NCBI GenBank assembly: GCA_018823285.1
Contig: JAHJIQ010000013.1
Span: 89,593 to 153,592, forward strand
Source of the DNA: Pseudomonadota bacterium
GTDB taxonomy: Bacteria; Desulfobacterota; Desulfobulbia; Desulfobulbales; JAGXFP01
Direction of reading: 5' to 3'
DNA length: 64,000 nt
Positions within the stretch are counted from its first letter, which is position 1; each line of letters begins with the position of its first letter. The translations under genes were made by a program, and so were the position numbers. Below the pieces are notes generated by a model, which saw only the letters and a program-made list of their open reading frames with translations, searched no databases and had not been told where the DNA came from. Shown one piece after another: positions 36,153 to 45,575 of this stretch.

Positions 36153-36280
36153 TGAATTGACGAGCCGAAATCTTCAAGAGCCGAAGGTCTTTCAGCAGGC
36201 AGATTGTTCCCGGCAGGATGCAGAAATCACAGCTCGGGTCAGAACATTGTTTTGTTACCCAAACCTGTTATTTCAAGACC

Positions 36281-36304
36281 TGACCCCACGTATGACCCCA
36301 CGTA
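36281..36304. repeat. perfect 12-bp tandem duplication
   Basis: TGACCCCACGTA TGACCCCACGTA, located in the gap between the repeat fragment and the 3' end of the PAS gene. Confidence 0.9.
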
Positions 36305-36331
36305 CGTTCTTTCGACATCAGCTATCGTTGC

Positions 36332-37579
36332 TTATTTATCCGGGTAATACTTTTCCATGCATGCCGGACAAATTGTATGGCTGAAATCCACTCCTGAGTG
36401 TTTATGAATATACGATTCAATCTGTTCATAATAACCCGAATCGTTGCGTACATTTTTACAGAAACAACAGATCGGTAATATCCCTCGCAGGGTTGAAATC
36501 TCGGCAAGGGCCTGCCGGAGTTCTCCGATCAATCGCTCCCGTTCATCCTCAGCCTTCCTTCGTTCCGTGATGTCCACGGTGAACCCGGCAAGCATGTTGC
36601 CCGTACCGTTCAAGAATATTGGAAATTTTGTTGTTTCATATATTCTGCCACCCAGTTCTTCAACAATGTTTAAAACCTTTCCCTTGCTTAAGATCTGTTT
36701 ATCATCTTCGATCATGCTCTTTGCCAGATCGGAAGGAAAAATCTCGTCCATGGTCTTGCCTAAAATATCTTCAACGGGCATGCCGAGCAGTTGCTCGTAA
36801 TTTCTACTCAGCATCAATGGCCGAATTTCACTGTCTTTAAAAAAGATATATACCGGACTGTTTTCAAGAAATGCGTTGAAAATAGTCTGAGTTTTCCGCA
36901 GCTCTTCCTCAATCTTCTTACGTTCCGAGATATCGGAAACGATCACGAGAAAATTTGGCTCATCACCTTGGCCGACAATCCTGCAGACCCGGCACCCAAG
37001 AACCCTTTTGATAGAGTCAGGGGTTGTAAGCGTAAGCTCCAGGACCCCTGACCCTGTTTGAATGACCCCGGCAAAGCTTTTCCTGATTGTGTCCCTGTCA
37101 ATCTCCCCAAAATGGTCGCCCAGATTCGTGCCGACAACTTCTTCAGTCGGTCTTTTTGAAAAGGTATGATTGATGAATCGGATATTCGCTTCCTGATCGA
37201 CAATAAGAATGAGATCCGGAGAATTTTCGGTAACGGATCTCAACTTTGCTTCGCTTTCCAGCAAGGCTTGATTTGCCAGAGTCAACTCCCTGGAACGTTC
37301 CTCAACCAGTTCTTCAAGGCGGTCTTGATAAACCTGCAGTTCATTGCGACTTTGCTGGAGGTTTTCGGCAAGGGAACTGTAAGAATAGATCACAACCGGG
37401 GCTATGACACCGGGGCAGAGTGCGGCTACAACAAGAAATTCAGCTAAAAAATCGGGCTCCCCAACCACTAACCAGGAAATAAAGGAGATAAGGACCGAAG
37501 CAATAACACAAAGCACACTCAAAAAAAATGTTGTCCCGGTTTTGCCGTACTTATCCAATGCCTGGTTCAAAAAGCCCAT
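36332..37579 (-). CDS. membrane-anchored PAS-domain sensor with C-terminal Cys/His-rich output motif
   Basis: Two N-terminal TM helices, a coiled coil and two PAS-like modules. C-terminal LRGILPICCFCKNVRNDSGYYEQIESYIHKHSGVDFSHTICPACMEKYY. GGGAGGA RBS. Confidence 0.85.
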   Translation of the reverse strand: MGFLNQALDKYGKTGTTFFLSVLCVIASVLISFISWLVVGEPDFLAEFLVVAALCPGVIAPVVIYSYSSLAENLQQSRNELQVYQDRLEELVEERSRELTLANQALLESEAKLRSVTENSPDLILIVDQEANIRFINHTFSKRPTEEVVGTNLGDHFGEIDRDTIRKSFAGVIQTGSGVLELTLTTPDSIKRVLGCRVCRIVGQGDEPNFLVIVSDISERKKIEEELRKTQTIFNAFLENSPVYIFFKDSEIRPLMLSRNYEQLLGMPVEDILGKTMDEIFPSDLAKSMIEDDKQILSKGKVLNIVEELGGRIYETTKFPIFLNGTGNMLAGFTVDITERRKAEDERERLIGELRQALAEISTLRGILPICCFCKNVRNDSGYYEQIESYIHKHSGVDFSHTICPACMEKYYPDK

Positions 37580-37743
37580 TCGGTTAATCCTCCCATCTCA
37601 TACTCAACATAGGTTACGTTATCATCTGACGATTCACGTTGTCGAGCAGAACGTCGGACCAGAGTTGCTTTTCCTCCTCCGGGTGTTTCCAGAAGAACGA
37701 AAAGCTTGCCCCAATCAAGCAAGGCACAGGAATCCGCGGGACT

Positions 37744-38367
37744 CTAATTCCTGGCAAGCATACTCCAGTTCCAGCTTTTCAGGATTTCAGAGCCGCTCAG
37801 AGTATAAAAATCGACCGTCAGGTCAGGCAGGTTTAAAATGGCACAACTGTGGTTGTACACACTGCTTCCGGGATTAATAACAAGAGTGTTGCCCAACGGT
37901 TCGAAAAACACCTGATGCGTGTGACCGACAATGAGGATCTCTCTTGCAAAGTCATCGAGGGCTTTACTCCAGCGCTGCCTTTGCCGGTCGATTATTCTGC
38001 CATTTTCATCGAGCAATTTTATCCCGCCGTGCTGTGAATTTGGCGGCTGGGCATGCACAACATAAATGCGTTTATTTTCTATGAAATATTCACGGACGGC
38101 AGGTAAGGATCGCAGATAATCCCGGCATTCTGCATTCTGCCCGTTTTTGTCTTCTTCGAGATAAGCTTGATCGTGATTACCGATAATCGCCTCGCAGTCG
38201 TTTTTTACCAGCAGATCAACAGTCGCTTCGAGCTGGTCGTTATACCCTGCAATGTCGCCGACACAGATAATCTTATCGACCCGTCGACGCCTGAATAAAG
38301 CCATCGCTTCCTCAACCGGAGCCGGGCAGGCATGCACATCACTTATGAGTCCGATGCGAAATGACAT
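37744..38367 (-). CDS. metallophosphoesterase (calcineurin-like, YfcE-type)
   Basis: IGLISDVH, VGDIAGY, GNHD, VHAQPP and VGHTH metal-ligand blocks. Confidence 0.85.
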   Translation of the reverse strand: MSFRIGLISDVHACPAPVEEAMALFRRRRVDKIICVGDIAGYNDQLEATVDLLVKNDCEAIIGNHDQAYLEEDKNGQNAECRDYLRSLPAVREYFIENKRIYVVHAQPPNSQHGGIKLLDENGRIIDRQRQRWSKALDDFAREILIVGHTHQVFFEPLGNTLVINPGSSVYNHSCAILNLPDLTVDFYTLSGSEILKSWNWSMLARN

Positions 38368-38519
38368 AACGACATTATAGGTTCATTCCATTCAGTTTCC
38401 AGATCTAAATTAATGATAAAACCTCCGGCAAAATGATCTCCGGCAGAAAGTCTTACTTTGAAGGGTGGCTGATTTTTTGGATGTTACCGGAGCTTCTCGC
38501 GTAGAGACCCCGTGGCGCT

Positions 38520-39305
<786 letters not shown>

Positions 39306-39404
39306 AACACCAACCGGGCTGAAATGAATAGTGACTGAATAAACGCCTGTGCTGATGATTGTATGGCCTGCGGGAAACGAATGCAAGATTTTCACGCCAC
39401 AGGC

Positions 39405-40397
39405 TTATTTGTCCCTGCTGAGCACGTATCCGGCAAGACCTTTGAGGATTTCCTGCTGCACCCCGTCGGCAAAGACCTCAAGCCCCGAAACCCCTTCAGA
39501 AACCAGTGTCTGCGCTTTCTCCCGGGCGTACCTGAATCCGCCGCAGCTCTCGATAACCGCTGTTGCCTCGCCGGTAAGCCGAAGCCTCTCCTGCGGCTCC
39601 TTTGAAAAAATCCCTGCCAGGAAATCCTTGTCACTTTGGGAGCCGTTGCTGCAGGCATAAATCAAAGGCAGGGTCATCTTTCCTTCGGCCAGATCATTGC
39701 CGATCGTCTTGCCGGTTTTGGCAGGGTCACCGAGATAATCAAGCAGGTCGTCAACGATCTGAAAGGCCAGGCCGATGTTTTTGCCATAGGTTCTGATGGC
39801 TTGACGATCTTGATCATCGCCGCCGGCCAGGACCGCTCCGCATTCGCAAGCAGCGGCAATGAGCGCCCCGGTCTTGCCGGAAACGACCTGGAAGTAGATC
39901 TCTTCCGAGGTATCGACCCGGCCCGCCGCCTGCATCTGCAGAAACTCCGCCTCGACCATCGCCTCGGTTGCCCTGCCGACGATGGCCACGCACTCTCTGC
40001 CGCCGACGGTTCCGGCCAGGGTCATCGCCCGGGCATGGAGGAAATCTCCGGCCAGAATCACCGAACTTGTACCATATACCGCATTGGCCGTCGGGCTGCC
40101 GCGCCTTTTTTCCGACCGATCGATCACATCATCGTGGAGAAGGCTTGCGGCATGGAGATATTCAAATACGATGGCCAGCCTGAAGAGCCCTTCCCTGGCC
40201 GGCGCATCCTCCGGCAACAGCATCTGTCCGGCGAGAACCGTGAGCTGGGGGCGGATCCTCTTGCCGCCGTTGAAAATGGCATACCGCAAGACCTCGGGCA
40301 GAAGCCCTTCGGCAACTCCGGCCAGATCCTCTTCCATGACCCGATCGATCGCCCCGGAGGCCTCTTTAAAGTATTGCAGCAGTTCAGGAGTATTCAT
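39405..40397 (-). CDS. polyprenyl diphosphate synthase (IspB-like, long-chain trans-prenyltransferase)
   Basis: First DDxxD region (LHAASLLHDDVIDRSEKRRG) and second (FQIVDDLLDY). ATG at 40397 gives about 330 aa; the track ORF extends to a TTG at 40463. Confidence 0.85.
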   Translation of the reverse strand: MNTPELLQYFKEASGAIDRVMEEDLAGVAEGLLPEVLRYAIFNGGKRIRPQLTVLAGQMLLPEDAPAREGLFRLAIVFEYLHAASLLHDDVIDRSEKRRGSPTANAVYGTSSVILAGDFLHARAMTLAGTVGGRECVAIVGRATEAMVEAEFLQMQAAGRVDTSEEIYFQVVSGKTGALIAAACECGAVLAGGDDQDRQAIRTYGKNIGLAFQIVDDLLDYLGDPAKTGKTIGNDLAEGKMTLPLIYACSNGSQSDKDFLAGIFSKEPQERLRLTGEATAVIESCGGFRYAREKAQTLVSEGVSGLEVFADGVQQEILKGLAGYVLSRDK

Positions 40398-40467
40398 GAT
40401 CGCACACGCATCAATTATTTCTGTATTTCCCGGCAAAGATCCCAATCTATAACCTGGTTTCAATAAA

Positions 40468-42429
40468 TCAAGCCATATCTGAGCCGTTGTCGCGCCAGAA
40501 TGCCCTGACCCCTTCCAGGCTCCGGACTACCGGGCTCGGGGGCAGACTCTGCAGAAAAATCCGCCCATAGCTCTTCCCGAACAACCGGGTATCAAGCACG
40601 GCAAGGGCCCCGCGGTCCTGCATGCTTCGCATCAATCTGCCAAGCCCCTGCCGCAAGGTGAGAACCGCCCGAGGCACCTGATAATCGAAAAAAGGGTTCC
40701 CCCCTTCCTTTCGCACCCTTTCAATCCTCGCCTTCACCACCGGATCGCTCGGCACCTCGAACGGGAGCTTGTCGACAATCACGCAGCTCAAGGACTCGCC
40801 CGGCACATCAACACCCTCCCAGAAAGAGGCGACCGCCAGCAGCACCGAGCTGACATCATTGATGAATGCATCGAGCAGTACCGCTCGTGGCGCCATCCCC
40901 TGGACCAGCACATTATAGGGCAATCGCCCGACCAGATAATCAAAGGTCTGCTGCATCGCCCCCATACTGGTAAAGAGAACCAGGGTCCGCCCGCCGGATA
41001 TCTCGATCAGACTGCAGATCTCCTCCTGAACGGCAGGGGCATAGTGTTCCGTTCCCGGAGAGGGGAAACCTCCACCCGGGACATACAGGCAGCTTCTTCC
41101 CTGATAATCGAACGGGGTCGGCAGAGCCATGGTCTCGGTGTCGGGGGGCAACCCGAGACGGTTCAGAAAAAAGCCGAAGTCTTTTCCGGCCACCAGGGTT
41201 GCCGAGGCGAATACCGCAGCGGAAACCCTGTTATAGAGATGTTCGGACAATTCATCGGCCACTTCAATCGGCGAAGCGGAAAGGACTACGGTCCGCTCTC
41301 TTCGTTCAAGCCAGTAAATCATGGAGTCATCCTGCCCGGAAGTCACTGCCGTCAGGTTCCCCTGCAACTCAGAGCAGCGGCGGAAGAAGCCCCCCCAGAG
41401 TTCCGCGCCCTGCAGCGCATCAAGATTTGCGGCAAGGCTTGAGAAGCAGCCGTCAAGGGCCGCAAGTTCTCCCGGCCAGAAGCTTACGCCCGCCACCGCC
41501 TGGTCAAGATCAAAACGACCCGTCTCAACCGGCAGGATGGACACCAGCCGGTCTGCCTGGGAGGCCAGAGCCCTTGCCAATTGCACCGTCGGCTCCCGCC
41601 GCTCTTTGGGCAGGTCCGCTTCAGCAGCCTGTTCAATATCCCTTGCCAGATCAATGGCCTGGTAATGGCTGAAAGACACCCCGAAATAACGGGTCGCCAC
41701 CTCCTCGATATGATGCGCCTCATCGAACACCACCGCTTCATACCGGGGCAGAACCTCGGCATGACCGTATCGGCGCAGCGCCAGATCCGAGAAGAAGAGA
41801 TGATGGTTCACAATCAGCAGCCGGGAATACGCCGCCTCCTTACGCAACCGGTTGATAAAACATTCGGCGCCGTCCGGGCAGTTGCTGCCGAGACACTGTG
41901 ACGCGGAAGCGGAAACCGCGCTCCACAGGGAGGCCCCGTCGGCCAGCCACTCCAGTTCCGCCCGGTCACCGGAGGTCGTTTCCTGAAGCCATTCGCCGAT
42001 CGCCTCCAGCTCGTCGGTTGTGGCAAAAAGCCGGTGCTGCGGGGTTGCCGCCACCTGGCGCCAGCGATAAAGACAGAGATAATTCTGCCGCCCCTTCACA
42101 CAGGTCACTTCCAGGTTCCGGTCGAGATGCTCGCGAATGAAGGGGATCTCCTTTTCGATGATCTGGTCCTGCAGATTCAGGGTGCCGGTGGAGATCACCA
42201 CCCGCTGCCCCGACAAGGCGGCCGGAACAAGATAGGCCAGGGTCTTGCCGATTCCGGTTCCGGCCTCGGCGACCAGAAGCCCAGGTTCACCATACGCGCG
42301 ACCGGACCGATCTTCCAGGGTTCTCCAAACCGACTCGGCAAGAGCGAGCTGACCGGGACGGAACTCATACCCGGGCAATTTTTCGGCAAGGACTCCCTGT
42401 CGGCCGAATATATCTTTCATGGATCTCAT
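40468..42429 (-). CDS. ATP-dependent DNA helicase, DinG/XPD (Rad3) family
   Basis: Walker A (AEAGTGIGKTLAYLVP). DEAH box (VVFDEAHHIEE). Cys-rich Fe-S segment (QCLGSNCPDGAECF). C-terminal helicase motifs (TLVLFTS; FWEGVD; RQGLGRLMR). Confidence 0.85.
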   Translation of the reverse strand: MRSMKDIFGRQGVLAEKLPGYEFRPGQLALAESVWRTLEDRSGRAYGEPGLLVAEAGTGIGKTLAYLVPAALSGQRVVISTGTLNLQDQIIEKEIPFIREHLDRNLEVTCVKGRQNYLCLYRWRQVAATPQHRLFATTDELEAIGEWLQETTSGDRAELEWLADGASLWSAVSASASQCLGSNCPDGAECFINRLRKEAAYSRLLIVNHHLFFSDLALRRYGHAEVLPRYEAVVFDEAHHIEEVATRYFGVSFSHYQAIDLARDIEQAAEADLPKERREPTVQLARALASQADRLVSILPVETGRFDLDQAVAGVSFWPGELAALDGCFSSLAANLDALQGAELWGGFFRRCSELQGNLTAVTSGQDDSMIYWLERRERTVVLSASPIEVADELSEHLYNRVSAAVFASATLVAGKDFGFFLNRLGLPPDTETMALPTPFDYQGRSCLYVPGGGFPSPGTEHYAPAVQEEICSLIEISGGRTLVLFTSMGAMQQTFDYLVGRLPYNVLVQGMAPRAVLLDAFINDVSSVLLAVASFWEGVDVPGESLSCVIVDKLPFEVPSDPVVKARIERVRKEGGNPFFDYQVPRAVLTLRQGLGRLMRSMQDRGALAVLDTRLFGKSYGRIFLQSLPPSPVVRSLEGVRAFWRDNGSDMA

Positions 42430-42589
42430 TGATCTGTTTCCCGCATCTTTCGCGCCCCCTTCCGCCCTCCATTTCCAACTCCCGGCAAGCCGCTTGACAA
42501 GAGGTTTTTCATTCTGATAGCCTGATTACAGAGAGAGCCGTTACTGCTTCACTAGTCAATGGAAATAATCAATCCAAAGGAGAAAAAAA

Positions 42590-43036
42590 ATGACCGAATA
42601 CAAAAGGATTATGATTCCGGTGGATTTTTCGGAAAATTCCCCCAAACTCCTTCAGGCGGGTGTTGATGTGGCGGAGAAATTCCAGGCCGAACTCTTCATC
42701 GTGTTCGTGGTCCAGAGCTTTGAAGACTACTCCGGATTCTTTGTCCCCCATATGCCGATCGCCCAGTTCGAAGAAGAAATGCTGCAGAGTGCCGAACAGA
42801 AAATGGACAACTTTCTTCACGAAAACCTGAAAACCTCGCTCACCTGTCACCGGAAGGTCCTGAAAGGAGACGTTGCCGAAGAACTCGCCAGGTACGCCGC
42901 AGAAACCAAGGTGGCAATGATCATCATGGGAACCCATGGCTACAAAGGGCTGGAACGGGTCCTCTTCGGGAGCGTGGCCGAAAAAATCGTCAAAACGGCC
43001 CCCTGCCCGGTCCTGACTATCAACCCATACCGGTAG
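42590..43036 (+). CDS. universal stress protein (UspA family)
   Basis: YKRIMIPVDFSE.... and C-terminal MIIMGTHGYKGLERVLFGSVAEKIVKTAPCPVLTI. Confidence 0.9.
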   Translation: MTEYKRIMIPVDFSENSPKLLQAGVDVAEKFQAELFIVFVVQSFEDYSGFFVPHMPIAQFEEEMLQSAEQKMDNFLHENLKTSLTCHRKVLKGDVAEELARYAAETKVAMIIMGTHGYKGLERVLFGSVAEKIVKTAPCPVLTINPYR

Positions 43037-43178
43037 CTAGCTGTTGTCGATCCCCGGCTGCCTCACACCCTGTGCGGCAGCGGAAGAGATTGGCGGACAC
43101 ACGATTGCGGCGTTGGCGACCAGGCCCCCCCCTCATTTCACGCTGCGAACCGACAGTGCCATCTTATCACTCGGTCCG

Positions 43179-44195
43179 CTAACCAAGGCGGGACCTGATG
43201 ATTCCCACCAGACAGCGGTCGCTTGTTCTGACCGGTTTTACCCCGCTGATTTGCCCGAACAGATCCGGCACCGACCCGCCTTCCAGCAAAAAAACCTCCA
43301 TTGAAGAAGAGCCTGCCGGACCGTCGCAGGCAAGATCCTTTCCATGTGCTTCCCAGACATCATGAACACCTGCCGTTGACCGGCCTCCGGCAATAGCAGC
43401 CAGTGCCTGTTGCAATTTCTTCCTGGCCTCTGCCTGGCAGGGATCACCCTCCGCCCCTGCTCTTTCCGGCAGCCCGGCCTCAAAAAGCCTTTCCGGCTCT
43501 CTTCCCATCTTCCTCTCCCATAGATCCAGAAGAAGACCTGCGCAGCCGTCGTTGTCCGTCACCAGAAAGCTGCTTTCCGCCGGATCAAGCGCATGAAGAC
43601 ATCCCCAGGCCGCAAGCAGAACATGTTCATTGAGATGACGCCCGGCAGTCGGTGCTGCCGGAGCCGGAATCAGATCGTCATCCGAATCCTCCACCCCCGC
43701 CTCGTCACCGTGCAGGGCAACAAACAATTCCCGCTCCTTTCTGCGCACATCATTCAGAACCAAACCGACCTCACGCTCCTCATCAGCCAGGATCTCGGCC
43801 AGTTTCAGAATGAGCCGCGCCTGCCACAATCTGTCCGCAGCCTTTCTCCCTCCCTCTTTCCGGGCGTCACCCCGATGGAGCCTGGACACCAGACTCCAGA
43901 CCGAGGATTCATCAACATCATAGCGGGCGGCGGTGGAAATGAAAGAAAGAAGGCCGCCATAATAATCGGCCTGATTGGCTTTGAGATCGGCAAGCATTCT
44001 GACAAAAAGATTTTTCTCCGGTCCGAGAGGGACCGGGGTGTAGGGATGACACCCATCAGGGAAACCACCCTCCGGGGTGATTTCATTCTCAATCACCTGA
44101 TAATACGAAAGACGATCAACCAGCCAGGAGATTTTCCCCGGCAGGTTACCGGGAATAATCGTCCCCGGAAAAAAAAGGGCCTCAAGCATGTTCAT
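43179..44195 (-). CDS. hypothetical protein
   Basis: Long ORF (the track gives 43179..44252). I prefer the ATG at 44195 (MNMLEALFFPG...). No motif I recognise. The central segment is acidic and Ala-rich. Confidence 0.55.
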   Translation of the reverse strand: MNMLEALFFPGTIIPGNLPGKISWLVDRLSYYQVIENEITPEGGFPDGCHPYTPVPLGPEKNLFVRMLADLKANQADYYGGLLSFISTAARYDVDESSVWSLVSRLHRGDARKEGGRKAADRLWQARLILKLAEILADEEREVGLVLNDVRRKERELFVALHGDEAGVEDSDDDLIPAPAAPTAGRHLNEHVLLAAWGCLHALDPAESSFLVTDNDGCAGLLLDLWERKMGREPERLFEAGLPERAGAEGDPCQAEARKKLQQALAAIAGGRSTAGVHDVWEAHGKDLACDGPAGSSSMEVFLLEGGSVPDLFGQISGVKPVRTSDRCLVGIIRSRLG

Positions 44196-44270
44196 ATTCC
44201 ATTTCCCTGTCAAATACGCTAGTTTGTGCTGACCTTTACCAGAAACATTCATATATTGTAATACTTAAAA

Positions 44271-44561
44271 ATGCCGAAACATCGAGAAGCCGCCATTCTG
44301 TTTTTACTGACCACAGTCTACCTGCTCTGCGGACTCCGCTATTTCCCGGACCAGCCCCAGAAAACGGCAGTCAGCACCATCATTCATCTCCTGATGACCG
44401 CCCCGTTTATCATCGGCAGCCTTCTGATGATCAACTCCCTGGTCAGAAAAACAAGCGGTGAAAAGCTGGCCGCAAACAAGCTCGCGAGATTTTACCTGAC
44501 GGGGGGAATTGTCATCGAATTCTTTATCGGGCTTTACAATTACCTGCAGATCAGCGCCTGA
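44271..44561 (+). CDS. small membrane protein (3 predicted TM helices)
   Basis: 96-aa hydrophobic ORF (AAILFLLTTVYLLCGL; IIHLLMTAPFIIGSLLMI; LTGGIVIEFFIGLY). No family recognised. Confidence 0.45.
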   Translation: MPKHREAAILFLLTTVYLLCGLRYFPDQPQKTAVSTIIHLLMTAPFIIGSLLMINSLVRKTSGEKLAANKLARFYLTGGIVIEFFIGLYNYLQISA

Positions 44562-44641
44562 CCGGGAAAAGCGACCAGTTACCGCGCCACACTCCTCCCG
44601 CCTCCACCTTGGGTTCAGGGAGGTATCCCATCTGCCACTGT

Positions 44642-45448
44642 TCAACGGATCATCGAGCTGTCCGGATGGTAGCCGGAAGGGGCCGTTGTATTCGGAAGAA
44701 GAAATGATTTTTTGCCGATCAGGGTCCCCGGGCTGGTGACGGAATTGCACCCGGTCTGGGTCTGATCGCCCAGAACCGCGCCAAACTTGCGTAACCCGGT
44801 ATCAATGGTCTTTTCTGCCGTTCTGACATTCACGTTGCCACTGACAAAACGTAAGTTCGCCATCTTGGTGCCCGCCCCGAGATTCACATGATTGCCGAGG
44901 ATCGTGTCACCGAGATACGCGAAATGGCCGGCCTTGGCATCGTCGAAGAACACCGTGTTCTTGACCTCGGTCACATGCCCCGCCACACAGCGACTGCCGA
45001 TCAGACAATTCCCCCGTAGATAGGCTCCCTGTCTGACTTCGGACATGTCGCCAATGACGGTCGGGGAATGGATCAGGGCCCCCGGCTCAATCAACACCCC
45101 CCGCCCGATCGCGATTCTCTTGCCGATCAGGACCGCACCGGCCATGAGCACACTGGCCCCTTCGAGTCGGTTCGCTCCCCGGAAAACGGCGAGTTTCCCT
45201 TTCGTCGCATCTGCGTACTCAATCCGCAGGTCCTCACCATTCAGGAACTCGCCCCGGTAGAGAACCAGAGTTTCCGCAAGCGGCACGCCACGCCATCCTC
45301 CCGACGGAATTGTGGTGTACTCCTGATCCCCCATATACTCCGCAAGTCTTTTCAGCCCGCACCAGACCGGCTCCCGCTCTGAAAAGAGTTCCCGGTGGGC
45401 AAATCCTGACATTTCAAAAAAAGCCTTGGCTGTTAAGTCCGTTGTCAT
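44642..45448 (-). CDS. hexapeptide-repeat (left-handed beta-helix) transferase family protein
   Basis: Repeated [LIV]G..... hexads across the C-terminal two-thirds (VLIGKRIAIGRGVLIEPGALI...; NCLIGSRCVAGHVTEV; GDTILGNHVNLGAGT). Confidence 0.7.
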   Translation of the reverse strand: MTTDLTAKAFFEMSGFAHRELFSEREPVWCGLKRLAEYMGDQEYTTIPSGGWRGVPLAETLVLYRGEFLNGEDLRIEYADATKGKLAVFRGANRLEGASVLMAGAVLIGKRIAIGRGVLIEPGALIHSPTVIGDMSEVRQGAYLRGNCLIGSRCVAGHVTEVKNTVFFDDAKAGHFAYLGDTILGNHVNLGAGTKMANLRFVSGNVNVRTAEKTIDTGLRKFGAVLGDQTQTGCNSVTSPGTLIGKKSFLLPNTTAPSGYHPDSSMIR

Positions 45449-45575
45449 ATATAGTGTTCCTGAAATGAATATTTTCGTGCAAAAAGAAGCAATTTAACCT
45501 CATACTGTTGCAAAAAAGCGATTTGTTCAAGCTAAAAACTGCAACGGCTTATTATACCCAAGGAGCATATCCCCG

